DNA from: an uncultured Oscillospiraceae bacterium
GTDB taxonomy: Bacteria > Bacillota > Clostridia > Christensenellales > CAG-314
Direction of reading: 5' to 3'
DNA length: 55,597 nt
Assembly: GCA_964506035.1 (NCBI GenBank)
Contig: CAZDLE010000003.1
Span: 1 to 55,597, forward strand
The notes below the pieces were generated by a model, which had not been told where the DNA came from, ran no database searches, and was given only the letters and a program-made list of their open reading frames with translations. The position numbers were made by a program, and so were the translations under genes. Of this stretch, positions 38,585 through 49,100 are shown in pieces. Each line of letters begins with the position of its first letter. The first letter of the stretch is position 1.

Positions 38585-38768
38585 TGCACAAAGGGTGCAA
38601 AACTTAGACCGACGTAGACAATAAACGTATTACAACGGCAAAAGTTGCATCAAAAAAAATCGTTATTTGTCGGAGCGTGGTTGTTGCACTTTGCAAAACC
38701 GTTCCGTCAACAATATTTGTGGCATCCGCCACACCAAGTAACAAAAATAATTTATAGGAGAACTAAAA

Positions 38769-40130
38769 ATGTTTAAAAAAGCTATTTGTTTACTGTTAGT
38801 AGTTGCTATGTGCCTATCTTTGGCAGTAGTGTTTACCGCTTGTGGCTCTAAAGAACGTGACGAAAACACGATCTTGCTTTGGGCAGGCGGTCAATGGACG
38901 GGTAACGACGCCGAAAACCTCAAAAAATATATCAAATGGTATAACGAAAACAACACTCTTGGTCTAACGATTGAGTTGAAGATTATAACCGATTTTGAAC
39001 AAACTTTTGCTGCTGCAATCAGCACTAACAAGGGTCCTGACCTTATGATTTGGGACAGATTTAATACTCCATCCTATGCTTTTGACGAAGTTCTCCTTCC
39101 GCTCGACGAATATGTTGAACGTGACGGTATCGACGCTTCCAAATTTAACGCAACGGCTTACAACGAAATGAACTACAAAAACATCCAATACGGACTTCCT
39201 CTCGACTTGGATATGTGGGGCGTATACGTAAATATGGACGTTATTAGTGCCTACAACGATCAAAACCCAGCGAATAAAATCACTTGCTTCTGGAACGAAG
39301 ATGGTTCCGACCGTCTCGAATGGACGTGGGACGAACTTCTCGATACTGCAACTAAAATCAAAGGCCTTTACTACGACGTTGCAGGAGCAACAGTTCAAGT
39401 TAAGAGTGGTTTCGACGGAAAAGACGTACAAGAATTTTTCTACCACAACTACGTTTCCACCGGTAACGAGTTTTTCGATCAAGATGGCAAAACTTCCGTA
39501 AATAATGCCAAAGGTCAAGATCTTCTTAGTTATTTCCACAAACTCTACAACAACACCTACGAGGAAGGTTACGTAAGCGAAATGGCATTTGTTCAAGGAC
39601 AACTTGCAATGTACTATCGTCCTACATACTTCATTTCCTATTTGCAAAACTATGCAAGCAACGTCAACGTTAGATATATGCCTCAACCAAAGTATCCCGG
39701 CGAAGGCGGTGCTAACCGTGGTGTGCTTGGTGGTTACGGTCTTGCAATTCCCAAGCCTATCTATGAAAAGAACATGACGGATGCTTGGAAAGCAAAAGTT
39801 GAACGTTGTTGGGAATTTATGTTGGATTGGGTATACAACGAAGAAAAAATGATCAAGTGGGCGGAAATCAGCAGTACCGTTCCTGCACTCAAATCAACTC
39901 ACACAAATGCTGTTATCACAAATAACAAAATTCTTAAGGATACAGTTCCTTTTGCAAATACCTATACAACACGTCCAAGTGTTCCCGGCTGGAAAGACGT
40001 TCAAGTTAACGTGTTCAACACCTACGTTACACAATTCTGCAAGAGTACCGATACGCAAACGTCAAGAGAGAATATTCTTGATACAATCGAAACACAAGCA
40101 GATGCTCTTCTAGAGGTATATCGCAAATAA
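38769..40130 (+). CDS. ABC sugar-transporter substrate-binding lipoprotein (family 1 SBP)
   Basis: The RBS is AGGAGA and the lipobox is VFTAC. The size (453 aa) and composition are typical of oligosaccharide SBPs, and two permease genes follow. Confidence 0.8.
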   Translation: MFKKAICLLLVVAMCLSLAVVFTACGSKERDENTILLWAGGQWTGNDAENLKKYIKWYNENNTLGLTIELKIITDFEQTFAAAISTNKGPDLMIWDRFNTPSYAFDEVLLPLDEYVERDGIDASKFNATAYNEMNYKNIQYGLPLDLDMWGVYVNMDVISAYNDQNPANKITCFWNEDGSDRLEWTWDELLDTATKIKGLYYDVAGATVQVKSGFDGKDVQEFFYHNYVSTGNEFFDQDGKTSVNNAKGQDLLSYFHKLYNNTYEEGYVSEMAFVQGQLAMYYRPTYFISYLQNYASNVNVRYMPQPKYPGEGGANRGVLGGYGLAIPKPIYEKNMTDAWKAKVERCWEFMLDWVYNEEKMIKWAEISSTVPALKSTHTNAVITNNKILKDTVPFANTYTTRPSVPGWKDVQVNVFNTYVTQFCKSTDTQTSRENILDTIETQADALLEVYRK

Positions 40131-40153
40131 CACAAATTACGGAGGAAACAAAA

Positions 40154-41065
40154 ATGCTCAAAGGTAAAAAATTGTCCGCAAGACAACGTTCTCAGGAGCG
40201 TACAGCCTATGCATTTATATTGCCGGCACTGATATTTTTCTGCCTGTTTACATTGCTTCCCGTTTTGATGGCTTTGTATCTCTCTTTTTGTGACTACAGT
40301 CAAAGAGGTTTTAGTAAAATTACTTGGGTAGGTTTGGAAAACTATATCGAAATTTTTACAGCAAAAGGTCTTTCCACCTTCCGCAAATCCTTTTTAAACG
40401 TACTCTACTACGTAGCAATGTACGTACCTTTGGTAGTAATAATGTCTTTGCTTTTTGCAACGCTCGTCAACCAAAAGATAAGGGGCGCCAAGGCGTTTAG
40501 AATAATGTACTACCTTCCTTCAGTCACAAGTGGTGTAGCGGCAGCATTCGTATTCCAATTTATTTTTAACGCTGCCGACTACGGTTTGATGAATCAAGTT
40601 ATCTCTTGGTTTGGTGGTAAACCGCTCGATTGGCTTGGTATTGATGGCCTTGCCATGGCAGTTATTGCCTTGGTAAACGTTTGGGGTGCGATAGGTGGCA
40701 ACATGATCATCTATCTTGCCGCTTTGCAGGGCGTTCCACCCGATCTTGTGGAAGCGGCGCAGGTGGACGGCGCTAACAAATGGCAAACATTCCGCTATAT
40801 CACCCTTCCGCAAATTGCTCAAGCAACATTTTTCGTTGTTATGATGAGTTTGATTGGCGCATTCCAACTTTACGACCAAGTAAAGATTATGACGGGTGGC
40901 GGATCGGGAACGGCAACGCCGGTTTTCCAAATTTACTTTATGGCTTACGACAGCAACCGTAGTGGTCTTGCAAACGCAATGGCAATGGTTCTTTTTGTGG
41001 TTATTATGATCATAACAACCATCAACAACAAACTGCAAGACAAAATCAACGGTACGGAAGACTAA
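40154..41065 (+). CDS. ABC sugar-transporter permease (MalF/UgpA-like)
   Basis: There are six hydrophobic segments and the EAA loop EAAQVDGANKWQTFRYITLPQI. Confidence 0.85.
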   Translation: MLKGKKLSARQRSQERTAYAFILPALIFFCLFTLLPVLMALYLSFCDYSQRGFSKITWVGLENYIEIFTAKGLSTFRKSFLNVLYYVAMYVPLVVIMSLLFATLVNQKIRGAKAFRIMYYLPSVTSGVAAAFVFQFIFNAADYGLMNQVISWFGGKPLDWLGIDGLAMAVIALVNVWGAIGGNMIIYLAALQGVPPDLVEAAQVDGANKWQTFRYITLPQIAQATFFVVMMSLIGAFQLYDQVKIMTGGGSGTATPVFQIYFMAYDSNRSGLANAMAMVLFVVIMIITTINNKLQDKINGTED

Positions 41066-41080
41066 TCAAGGAGGCTCGAC

Positions 41081-42004
41081 ATGACATCTTTAGTTAACAG
41101 CAAGTCGGCGCTTCCGACTTCAAAACGCGTTTGGAATGTAGTAAGCAAAGTGCTTATCTACTTGGTGATGGCCTTTTTTGCCGTGATAATGTTGCTCCCC
41201 TTTTACTGGTCCATTATCACCTCAATCAGACCGGACAAGGAATCAATGAGCATTCCAATATCCTTCATCCCGGAGCAAATCACTTTCGAAAACTTCGTAA
41301 AATTTTTCTCGGCGGACGAAGCAAACTTTTTCCCTGCATTGGGTTATACGGTTTTGATAACGGCAGTAGGTATGTTTACCAACCTATTCTTCGGCAGTAT
41401 GGCAGGCTATGCTTTTGCAAAACTGCAGTTTAGGGGACGCAAGACCATTTTCCAAATTATGATTATGGCGCTAATGATACCCAGTATCGTAACCATTTTG
41501 CCTCAGTACATGGTATTGGCAAAATTCCCCCTTGTTGGAGGTAACGATATTTTGGGCGAGGGCGGTGCAGGTTTTGTAGGTACCCCGTGGGCGGTAGTAT
41601 TGCCAGGTGCGATCGGCGTGTATGGCGTGTTCTTTATGCGACAATTTTTCCATGGCGTGCCACAAGCTCTCGGCGAAGCAGCTCGTATCGACGGCGCTAG
41701 CGAATTTAGAATTTTCTGGCAGATCTACTTACCGCAAGTAACGTCCGGACTTATCACGCTTGGCATCATCACCTTCAACTCCTATTGGAACTCCTACCTA
41801 TGGCCGAGTTTAGTACTCAAAGCCAGCGACAGTGACGTTACAATGTTGTCGCTAATTTTAGGTGATTATCAACAAATTTACGAAACCAACTATGGCTCGA
41901 TTATGGCAGGTTCGTTAGTTATCATGCTACCATCTTTGCTTATTTTTGCTTTTCTTCAAAAATACTTTATGAATACAGTAACTTTCGCTGGTATAAAGGA
42001 GTAA
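41081..42004 (+). CDS. ABC sugar-transporter permease (MalG/UgpE-like)
   Basis: The EAA loop is EAARIDGASEFRIFWQIYLPQV and the RBS is AAGGAGG. Confidence 0.85.
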   Translation: MTSLVNSKSALPTSKRVWNVVSKVLIYLVMAFFAVIMLLPFYWSIITSIRPDKESMSIPISFIPEQITFENFVKFFSADEANFFPALGYTVLITAVGMFTNLFFGSMAGYAFAKLQFRGRKTIFQIMIMALMIPSIVTILPQYMVLAKFPLVGGNDILGEGGAGFVGTPWAVVLPGAIGVYGVFFMRQFFHGVPQALGEAARIDGASEFRIFWQIYLPQVTSGLITLGIITFNSYWNSYLWPSLVLKASDSDVTMLSLILGDYQQIYETNYGSIMAGSLVIMLPSLLIFAFLQKYFMNTVTFAGIKE

Positions 42005-42007
42005 TTC

Positions 42008-43480
42008 ATGGAAGTTAAAACAAATATCAAAATTAAAATTATTGCAGTGCTTATGCTTGCTATGCTGGCTATGGCAGTTGTTGTGCCTACAGTTTGGGCA
42101 GCGGAAGACGTTGTCACACAAGAAGCACTAACTCCCCATCGTAAGGAGGAGTACGGCAACGCAGTTGGCAACGTAATTACTCTTGCCGACGGCAAAACAG
42201 TTTGCCAAAACTATCAATACGGCTACGTCTATGCGGAAAAAACCGCAGACGGTCGTTATTCCAACAAGCGCGACGTTGGCGGAATGAACATCAACGCACA
42301 AGGCGAAAGAACTTTCGTCGATATGCAATCGGTAATTCTTGGCAGCGGTGCTGGTTTCGACGTACAAGGCGTTTGGAACAAGCTTAACACAAAGTACGAC
42401 AAAAACGTTGCGTACAGTGCCGACTATGCTTTGCAAAAGATTTATAACGAATACTCAAAACTTTGCGAAGAAGGCTACAACTGTGGTATTCCTACCGATC
42501 AACTTAGCGTTTGGGACGGAGCTGTTATCAAGTTGGATTTCTACGATGGCGACAACGAATATGGCTTCGAAAGTCCTCGTGTTCACGTAACAACCATCGC
42601 TTATTCCTTCCTTAACGACCAAGCCTACATGATTTCCGGCGAGTTTTTCAACTTCTACAAGGAAGCTAAAGCCGGCAGTCTTATGGAACCGATATCCGAT
42701 CCGTTCGAGTACACTCTCGAAGGTGTCAAAGGTACCGCTCAGGCATTTGCTCAAGGTTTGATTTTTGTTCCAAACAACGGTGATTTGATTGTTCGTTCTG
42801 GTGTTAGATTTAATGCCGAAACGGAAGAATTCGAACCATTGCAAATGGAATACGACGAACTTACCCGCACGGAAATCATTCAGCCAGCAATCGACGCAAG
42901 CCCGTTCTACGGCAAAAAGGGACTTACCGTTGACGATGTTAAACAAAAATTCCACGACAAGTACTACGAACTTCTCGATAAAGGATTCCTGCCCGGTATT
43001 CCCGACCACGAAGGCATCCTTTACTGGGACAGTTTGTACCTAAAACAAGCCTACGTCGGCAGCGAAGGCACAGGCAATGCGTGGGGCAGAACCAACATGA
43101 TGCTAATGCTAAACCCCGTTGACCTAAAAGTTTACATGATTTACGGCGAAATTCTCAACATTGTAGACGAAGCTGCTCAAGGTTTGGGAAATGCCGAAAA
43201 ACTTGGCTATCCCCTTGACGACCAAAAGAAAATGGAAGTTGACGGTCTTACATACTACTATCAAGATTTCTCCGAAGGCACAATCTACTCTATCGAAAAC
43301 GTTCCACAACTTACACGTTTTATCAAGGGCAAAACCTTCGCACAAATTCTTGAAGAAAAGGGCAACAACAAACCCAACAACCCAACGTTCTTCTACTCAG
43401 TACAATCTTGGTTCGAACAAATTTTCCGCTCAATCGCAAGATGGTTCCAAAACTTGTTTGCTTCCAATTCTAACGAGTAA
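42008..43480 (+). CDS. Secreted 490-aa protein with about five LGFP-like repeats and an amphipathic C-terminal tail
   Basis: The RBS is AAAGGAG. The signal peptide ends VPTVWA/AEDV. The repeats follow the pattern G-x-P...(D)G...Q-x-F/Y-x-x-G-x-I/V-Y (for example LGYPLDDQKKMEVDGLTYYYQDFSEGTIY and GNVITLADGKTVCQNYQYGYVY). The tail is SWFEQIFRSIARWFQNLF. Confidence 0.4.
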   Translation: MEVKTNIKIKIIAVLMLAMLAMAVVVPTVWAAEDVVTQEALTPHRKEEYGNAVGNVITLADGKTVCQNYQYGYVYAEKTADGRYSNKRDVGGMNINAQGERTFVDMQSVILGSGAGFDVQGVWNKLNTKYDKNVAYSADYALQKIYNEYSKLCEEGYNCGIPTDQLSVWDGAVIKLDFYDGDNEYGFESPRVHVTTIAYSFLNDQAYMISGEFFNFYKEAKAGSLMEPISDPFEYTLEGVKGTAQAFAQGLIFVPNNGDLIVRSGVRFNAETEEFEPLQMEYDELTRTEIIQPAIDASPFYGKKGLTVDDVKQKFHDKYYELLDKGFLPGIPDHEGILYWDSLYLKQAYVGSEGTGNAWGRTNMMLMLNPVDLKVYMIYGEILNIVDEAAQGLGNAEKLGYPLDDQKKMEVDGLTYYYQDFSEGTIYSIENVPQLTRFIKGKTFAQILEEKGNNKPNNPTFFYSVQSWFEQIFRSIARWFQNLFASNSNE

Positions 43481-43514
43481 GCACAATTACTAATTCAACA
43501 CAGAGGTGCAAATT

Positions 43515-44807
43515 ATGAAAAAACTTATATCTTTCGCTCTTGTTTTAGTACTTTTAGTGAGCGTGCTTACACTTACGTCCTGTTCGGGCAACCTCGAAGA
43601 TGGTACAGGCTTTAACGTTAATAGCCTTGCAAAACGCAATCTTTTGCGTGGCGAATACATGGCAACCGTGCTTTACGACGACTTTTTTGATGCAGAGTTC
43701 GAATACGCTCACCGCAATATTCCACAACTAGAAAACGAATCTGACTGGTCGGACTGCTGGCGCTATACCGGTCTAGTAAGCATGATGCTTCGTCTTAACG
43801 AGCTAACGGACAACAACTACGATAGTGAAATGAAATCAATTTTCTCCGCTTTCGACTACTATCGTGGCGTTCGTAGCGACAATACGGTAGGTCCTAATGG
43901 CACCGGCCGTAAGTTTACCGTTTTTGCAGTAAACCGCTCCACCAGAGGTAAATTTAGGGCTAACGCCAATGGTCAATTGTCGGTATTTGACGACCAAATT
44001 TGGATTGCACGCGAGTACTACAACGCATACATGCTCTACGGCGACAAAACCTATCTCGATACAGCAATCGAACTTGCCGAGTATATCTACCTTGTTGGAT
44101 TTATGCCCAACGTTGGCGGTATCACTTGGGGACAAGATTACCAAACGCGTCACTCCTGTAGTAACGCTCCGTTTGTAAAAGTTTTGTTGGATCTTTACAA
44201 GGCAACCAATCGTGAAGAATTTAAAACTTGGGCAACCAACGTTTACGATTTTATGTACAACACCCTTCGTGATCCATCCGACAATCTCTACTACGACCTT
44301 GTTGGTACAATCTTCGACGAAAACGGTACTCCCGTTGCAAACGACAGTTTCGACAAAACCAAGTACACCTACAACAGCGGTGCAATGATCAGTGCCGGCG
44401 TTGCAATGTACAACGTTACTAACGACAAAACCTATCTCGAACACGCAAAGGCAACGGCAGAAAGTTGTCGCAATTACTTCGGTTTCCACGATTTCAAAGA
44501 AGGCTACGTTATGTACCCAACGGCAACAACAACTTGGTTCAACCTTGTAATGTACATTGGCTACTACGATTTGTTCCTTGCCGACAACACTCAAACAATC
44601 TACCTTGACGACGTTCAAAAGGCAATCGACTACGCTTACGAAAACTTCGGCCGTGATGGTTACATCCCCGTATCGTGGTTGGTTGGTTGGGAAGACGGTT
44701 GGCAAAAGAGTGACTGCAAAAACTTGCTTGACCACACTTCGCACGCCGAAACATATCTACTTTTGGCGCAATATCAACAAGCCAAGGAAGATTTGCGCAA
44801 CAAATAA
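43515..44807 (+). CDS. GH76 endo-alpha-1,6-mannanase, surface lipoprotein
   Basis: The start was moved to ATG 43515. The lipobox is TLTSC. The catalytic Asp-Asp context is SVFDDQIWIAREY, and further motifs are GGITWGQ, CSNAPF and YNSGAMISAG. Confidence 0.7.
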   Translation: MKKLISFALVLVLLVSVLTLTSCSGNLEDGTGFNVNSLAKRNLLRGEYMATVLYDDFFDAEFEYAHRNIPQLENESDWSDCWRYTGLVSMMLRLNELTDNNYDSEMKSIFSAFDYYRGVRSDNTVGPNGTGRKFTVFAVNRSTRGKFRANANGQLSVFDDQIWIAREYYNAYMLYGDKTYLDTAIELAEYIYLVGFMPNVGGITWGQDYQTRHSCSNAPFVKVLLDLYKATNREEFKTWATNVYDFMYNTLRDPSDNLYYDLVGTIFDENGTPVANDSFDKTKYTYNSGAMISAGVAMYNVTNDKTYLEHAKATAESCRNYFGFHDFKEGYVMYPTATTTWFNLVMYIGYYDLFLADNTQTIYLDDVQKAIDYAYENFGRDGYIPVSWLVGWEDGWQKSDCKNLLDHTSHAETYLLLAQYQQAKEDLRNK

Positions 44808-44882
44808 TCAACAAAACTTCGTCAAAGTCGCTTAAAAACGGCTTTGACGAGCAAATTAACTTTTCCCACGGAGGAATTTTCT

Positions 44883-46091
44883 GTGAACAACCAATGCGCA
44901 ACGGCAATGGCAAAAAAAGTGCTTGATTTGTACGTGAAAGACACTGCAGACAAAGGTTTGGTGGTGTACAACGTGCTAAACAAGAACGATCAACCTGCTG
45001 ATATCACCGATTTTTGGTCGATGACCTCTCTTTTGGCACTGGCAGTGCGTATGTCAACGGTAAACCAAGGCGACTACAAAAACTACGTTGAAAAAGTTGT
45101 GGAAGCCATGGAATACTACCGCGGTTATCGCAACGATAACCATGCAGGGGAAGGTGGCGCGCCACGCAACTTTAGCGTTTATGCCGTACCACGTGGAACG
45201 GACAAAGGCAAGGCGGACGTAATCGGGCAAAAAGGTGAGCTTTCCGTGTTCGACGACCAAATTTGGGTTGCAATCGAAATGCTCAACGCCTACAACCTTT
45301 ACGGCGAGCAAAAATACCTTCAAATCGCAACGGAGCTTACCGAGTACATCTACTTGGTTGGCAACGATCCCTACCTTGGCGGCATCTACTGGGGGCAGGC
45401 GTACACAACACGACATGCTTGCAGTAACGCACCCTTTATCAAACTTTCCGCAATGCTTTATCAGGCAACGGGCGAGCAAAAATACATAACCTGGGCAAAA
45501 AACATCTACGATTTTTGTTACACAAACCTGCGTGATCCTGCAGATAACCTGTATATCGACCTTATCGGCACTGTATACCAAGATGCTCAAAAAGATATCT
45601 GGCACGGTGGTGTAAGTATCAAAAACGGCACGCCGGATTTCAAAAAATACAGCTACAACAGTGGTGCGATGATCAGCGGTGGAGCTTGTCTCTACGCCAT
45701 CACGGGCGAAAAACGCTATCTCGACCAAGCCAAAGCCACTGCTCAAAGCTGTCGCAACTACTTTGGCAACGCAACGCTAAAGGATGGCTACCTTGTCTAC
45801 CCCGGTAGCGATGGCGGCACAACCTTCAGCTGGTTCAACTTGATTATGTTCAAAGGCTTTTTCGATTTGTACAAGGTAGATAGTTCAACTGCGAGTTATC
45901 TTCAGCAAGTCAAAAAGGTTCTCGAACACGACCTGCAACATTACGAGCAAAACGGATTTATACCCACGTCGGGCATCATCGGTTGGACAACCGGTCGCAA
46001 CAGCTACGATAATCGCGTGCTGATGGACCATGTAACCAATGCCGATATCGCTTTGCTCATTCAACAGTTCGATCAACTTAACAGAATTTAA
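44883..46091 (+). CDS. GH76 endo-alpha-1,6-mannanase paralog without a signal peptide
   Basis: The start was moved to GTG 44883, 8 nt after the RBS GGAGGA. The same motif set is present (SVFDDQIWVAIEM, GGIYWGQ, CSNAPF, YNSGAMISGG). There is no hydrophobic N-terminus with any candidate start. Confidence 0.65.
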   Translation: MNNQCATAMAKKVLDLYVKDTADKGLVVYNVLNKNDQPADITDFWSMTSLLALAVRMSTVNQGDYKNYVEKVVEAMEYYRGYRNDNHAGEGGAPRNFSVYAVPRGTDKGKADVIGQKGELSVFDDQIWVAIEMLNAYNLYGEQKYLQIATELTEYIYLVGNDPYLGGIYWGQAYTTRHACSNAPFIKLSAMLYQATGEQKYITWAKNIYDFCYTNLRDPADNLYIDLIGTVYQDAQKDIWHGGVSIKNGTPDFKKYSYNSGAMISGGACLYAITGEKRYLDQAKATAQSCRNYFGNATLKDGYLVYPGSDGGTTFSWFNLIMFKGFFDLYKVDSSTASYLQQVKKVLEHDLQHYEQNGFIPTSGIIGWTTGRNSYDNRVLMDHVTNADIALLIQQFDQLNRI

Positions 46092-46138
46092 TTACGGCAA
46101 CCCCGTATTAAAAAATTAAATTAAAAGGAGAAAAAAAG

Positions 46139-49100
46139 ATGAAAAGGATTTTAACCTTGGTTCTCGTGTTGGTTCTTGCTCTTTGCTGCATCACAGCCTG
46201 CAAGACAAACAAACCCGAATCCGAACTAACCCCTGTTTCTTTGACTATTAAAAGCCTAAAGGAAGTTAGTATCGAAGTCGGTCAAGCCTACACGTTGACC
46301 TACGAAACCGATGGTGCTGTTAACGTTGCCGTTAGCGGTGGTACCTACGATAAGGACTCTCAAAAGTTCTCAGCTACTGAGCCCGGTACCTACACCATCA
46401 CAGTTACTGCCACTGCAGAAGGCAAAAAGGATACAGTTGCAACCGTAACTGTTACCGTAACTGCTGCCAGTGCAGATAAAACTGCTCTTATTACTGCAAT
46501 CACCGGCGCAAGTGCTCTTAAAAAAGGCGACTACACGTCCGCTACTTGGAGCGCTCTCGATACCGCTCTCAAAGCTGCAAATACCGCACGTAACCAAGCT
46601 GGTATCTCCCAAACAGATGTAGATAGTGCAGCAGCAGCTCTTACAAAAGCAATTACCGATCTTCAACCGGTAGAAATTGCTAAGGCAGTAGTTGCAGAAG
46701 ACGAATCCAGCTTTACCTACAACTCAACTACCTACAAAGCAGAGGATTTCAACAACTTTGCAGCAATCGTAGCAGAAATCAGAACGCTCAATGCAAAAAC
46801 GGAAATCGTTCTTAAATCTGTATACACAACTGCAATTGATGCAATCCTTGCAACACTCGATGCAAAAGTAAAACTCGTTATCAAGTCCGACCTTCGCAAC
46901 AACACAACAATGCTTGTTGAAACTCTTGGCACTTATACTCTCACTGCCGAGTCCGAAGACGATGTTACCTTTGCTTGGACCGTTAATGACGAAGTTAAAT
47001 CTTCCGAAGCTACACTCGAGTTTACTCCTGCCGCTTTCGAAACGGAATACGTAATCAAATGTACGGTTACCAAGGGCGAAAACACCAACGTTAAAACCCT
47101 CAAAGTTTCCTTTAGAGAAGTTGACTACAAAGTAAACAACATTTTTGCTAGTGGCATCACAGTTGAAGATAACAAAGTTACCGTAACAGGCAATTACGAA
47201 TGGCCCACCGAAGAAGGTCGCAAAGTTACTTTGCCCGACGTTCGTCTTTCCGGCAACTTTACCGTTCACTTCGATCTAACCTTTACCGGTGGCAATGGTG
47301 TTATGGCTATGTTCCTTCTTAAGGACAATGGCGAAAACAACTCTTTCTGGGTAGCAGTGCTTCAACACAGCAACAAACTTGAAGTTGCAACAGCAGGACA
47401 CAGTGACGATTTCAAACCTCGCTACGATATGCCTGTAGGTACAGTCGATCTTAACAAGGTTATCCACGTTATGATGACTCGTACCATCACCGATAGCAAA
47501 GCATATCTCTACGCTTACCTTCTTGACGATGCCGGCAACGTTATCATGGAACATAAAGCAAACGGTCTCTACAAAAACGATGCAGATTCTCTTGGCACAG
47601 TTCAACTTGGTATCCAAGCAGAAAATTGTCAATTCGTTGTTTCCAACATCGCAGTTGGTATCGAAGATAGCGTAATCAGCAAAACAGCTCTCAACAAAGC
47701 ACTTGCAGTTTCCTCTTCCTATCAAGAAGTTGACTACACTGCAGAAAGTTGGGCAGCACTTGCTTCCGCTAAAGGAGCAGCAAGCGCAGCTACAACTCAA
47801 GAAGAAATCGTTGCCGCTACTGAAAGTGTTTCCAAAGCTACTACCGATCTCGTACTTGCTCCAGTTACAAAAGTAGTTGTTAGCGAAGGCAATATCTCCT
47901 TTGGTGGCAAAACCTACGTTGCTGCAAACTTCGAAAATATGGCTGATATCATTGCCGAAATCGAAACACTCAACGCAGATGCAACTATCACGCTCAACTC
48001 TGTATACGCACCAAAAGCACAAGAAATCATTGCTAAACTTGTTTCCAAGGTAACTCTTGCTATAGCAGGCGCACCCGAAAATGGTGTTCAATACCTTGTT
48101 AACACTCTTCCTTCCTTTGCAATGACAGCAACCGCAAGCGAAGACGCAACAGTTGCATGGTCTGTAAATGGCGAGGCAGTTTCTTCCGAAGCAGCTTATA
48201 CATTTGCACCCAAGGCATTTGGCTCCTACACAATCACTTGCGTAGCAACCCAAGGCGAATATTCCACAGAAAAGGAATACAAGTTTACTCTTGTTAACGC
48301 TGGTTGGACCTCCAACAAACCCGGTGGTGCTGTTATTGACGAAAATAACGCAATCAGAGTTACAGGAGACTATGGTTGGGACGATTTGAAGGGTAAAAAA
48401 GTTACCACAAACGATATCACCCTTTCCGGCAACTTTACAATTTATTTCGACCTTACTTTCAACAACCAAAGCAACGTTAACGTATTTGCTTGGTTCCTTA
48501 ACAAGTCCAATGGTGACGTTATCAACGACTGGGTAGCAATCACCTCTCAAAACAACAAGCTTGAAGTTTCTTGCCTCGAACAAAAAGCTTACAAAGATAT
48601 GACTGCAAATGCAACGGCTATTGGCACAAAAACGTCCTATATCGTAACTCGTGAAATTTCTGACGGCAGAGCTTATATCACAGCAACTCAAATCGATGCA
48701 AACGGCAACGTTGTAAACGACGGTACTCAAGATAGTGGCAATCGCGTATCTTCCGACTACACAGGACCTGTTGTTTTGGGTATTCAATCGGAAAACGCTC
48801 ACTTTGTTGTAGAAAATATCCGCGTTAACTCCGCAGCGACAATCAACAGCAAAGTAGCTCTTCGTGCACTGGTAAAATCCACCGAAGATATCATCAAAAC
48901 CGACTACGTAGAAGCAGTTGTAAAAACTCTCAATGAGAAAATTGGTGCAGCACAAACTGTTCTTGACAACGTTGATGCAACTCAAGCACAAATTGACGAA
49001 GCGTTTACAAATCTTGAAACTGCAATTGCAGCTTTCAAACCGGAAAACTACACCGAAGTTACAAAGGCACAAGTAACCGCTGATGCCATCACATATAGCA

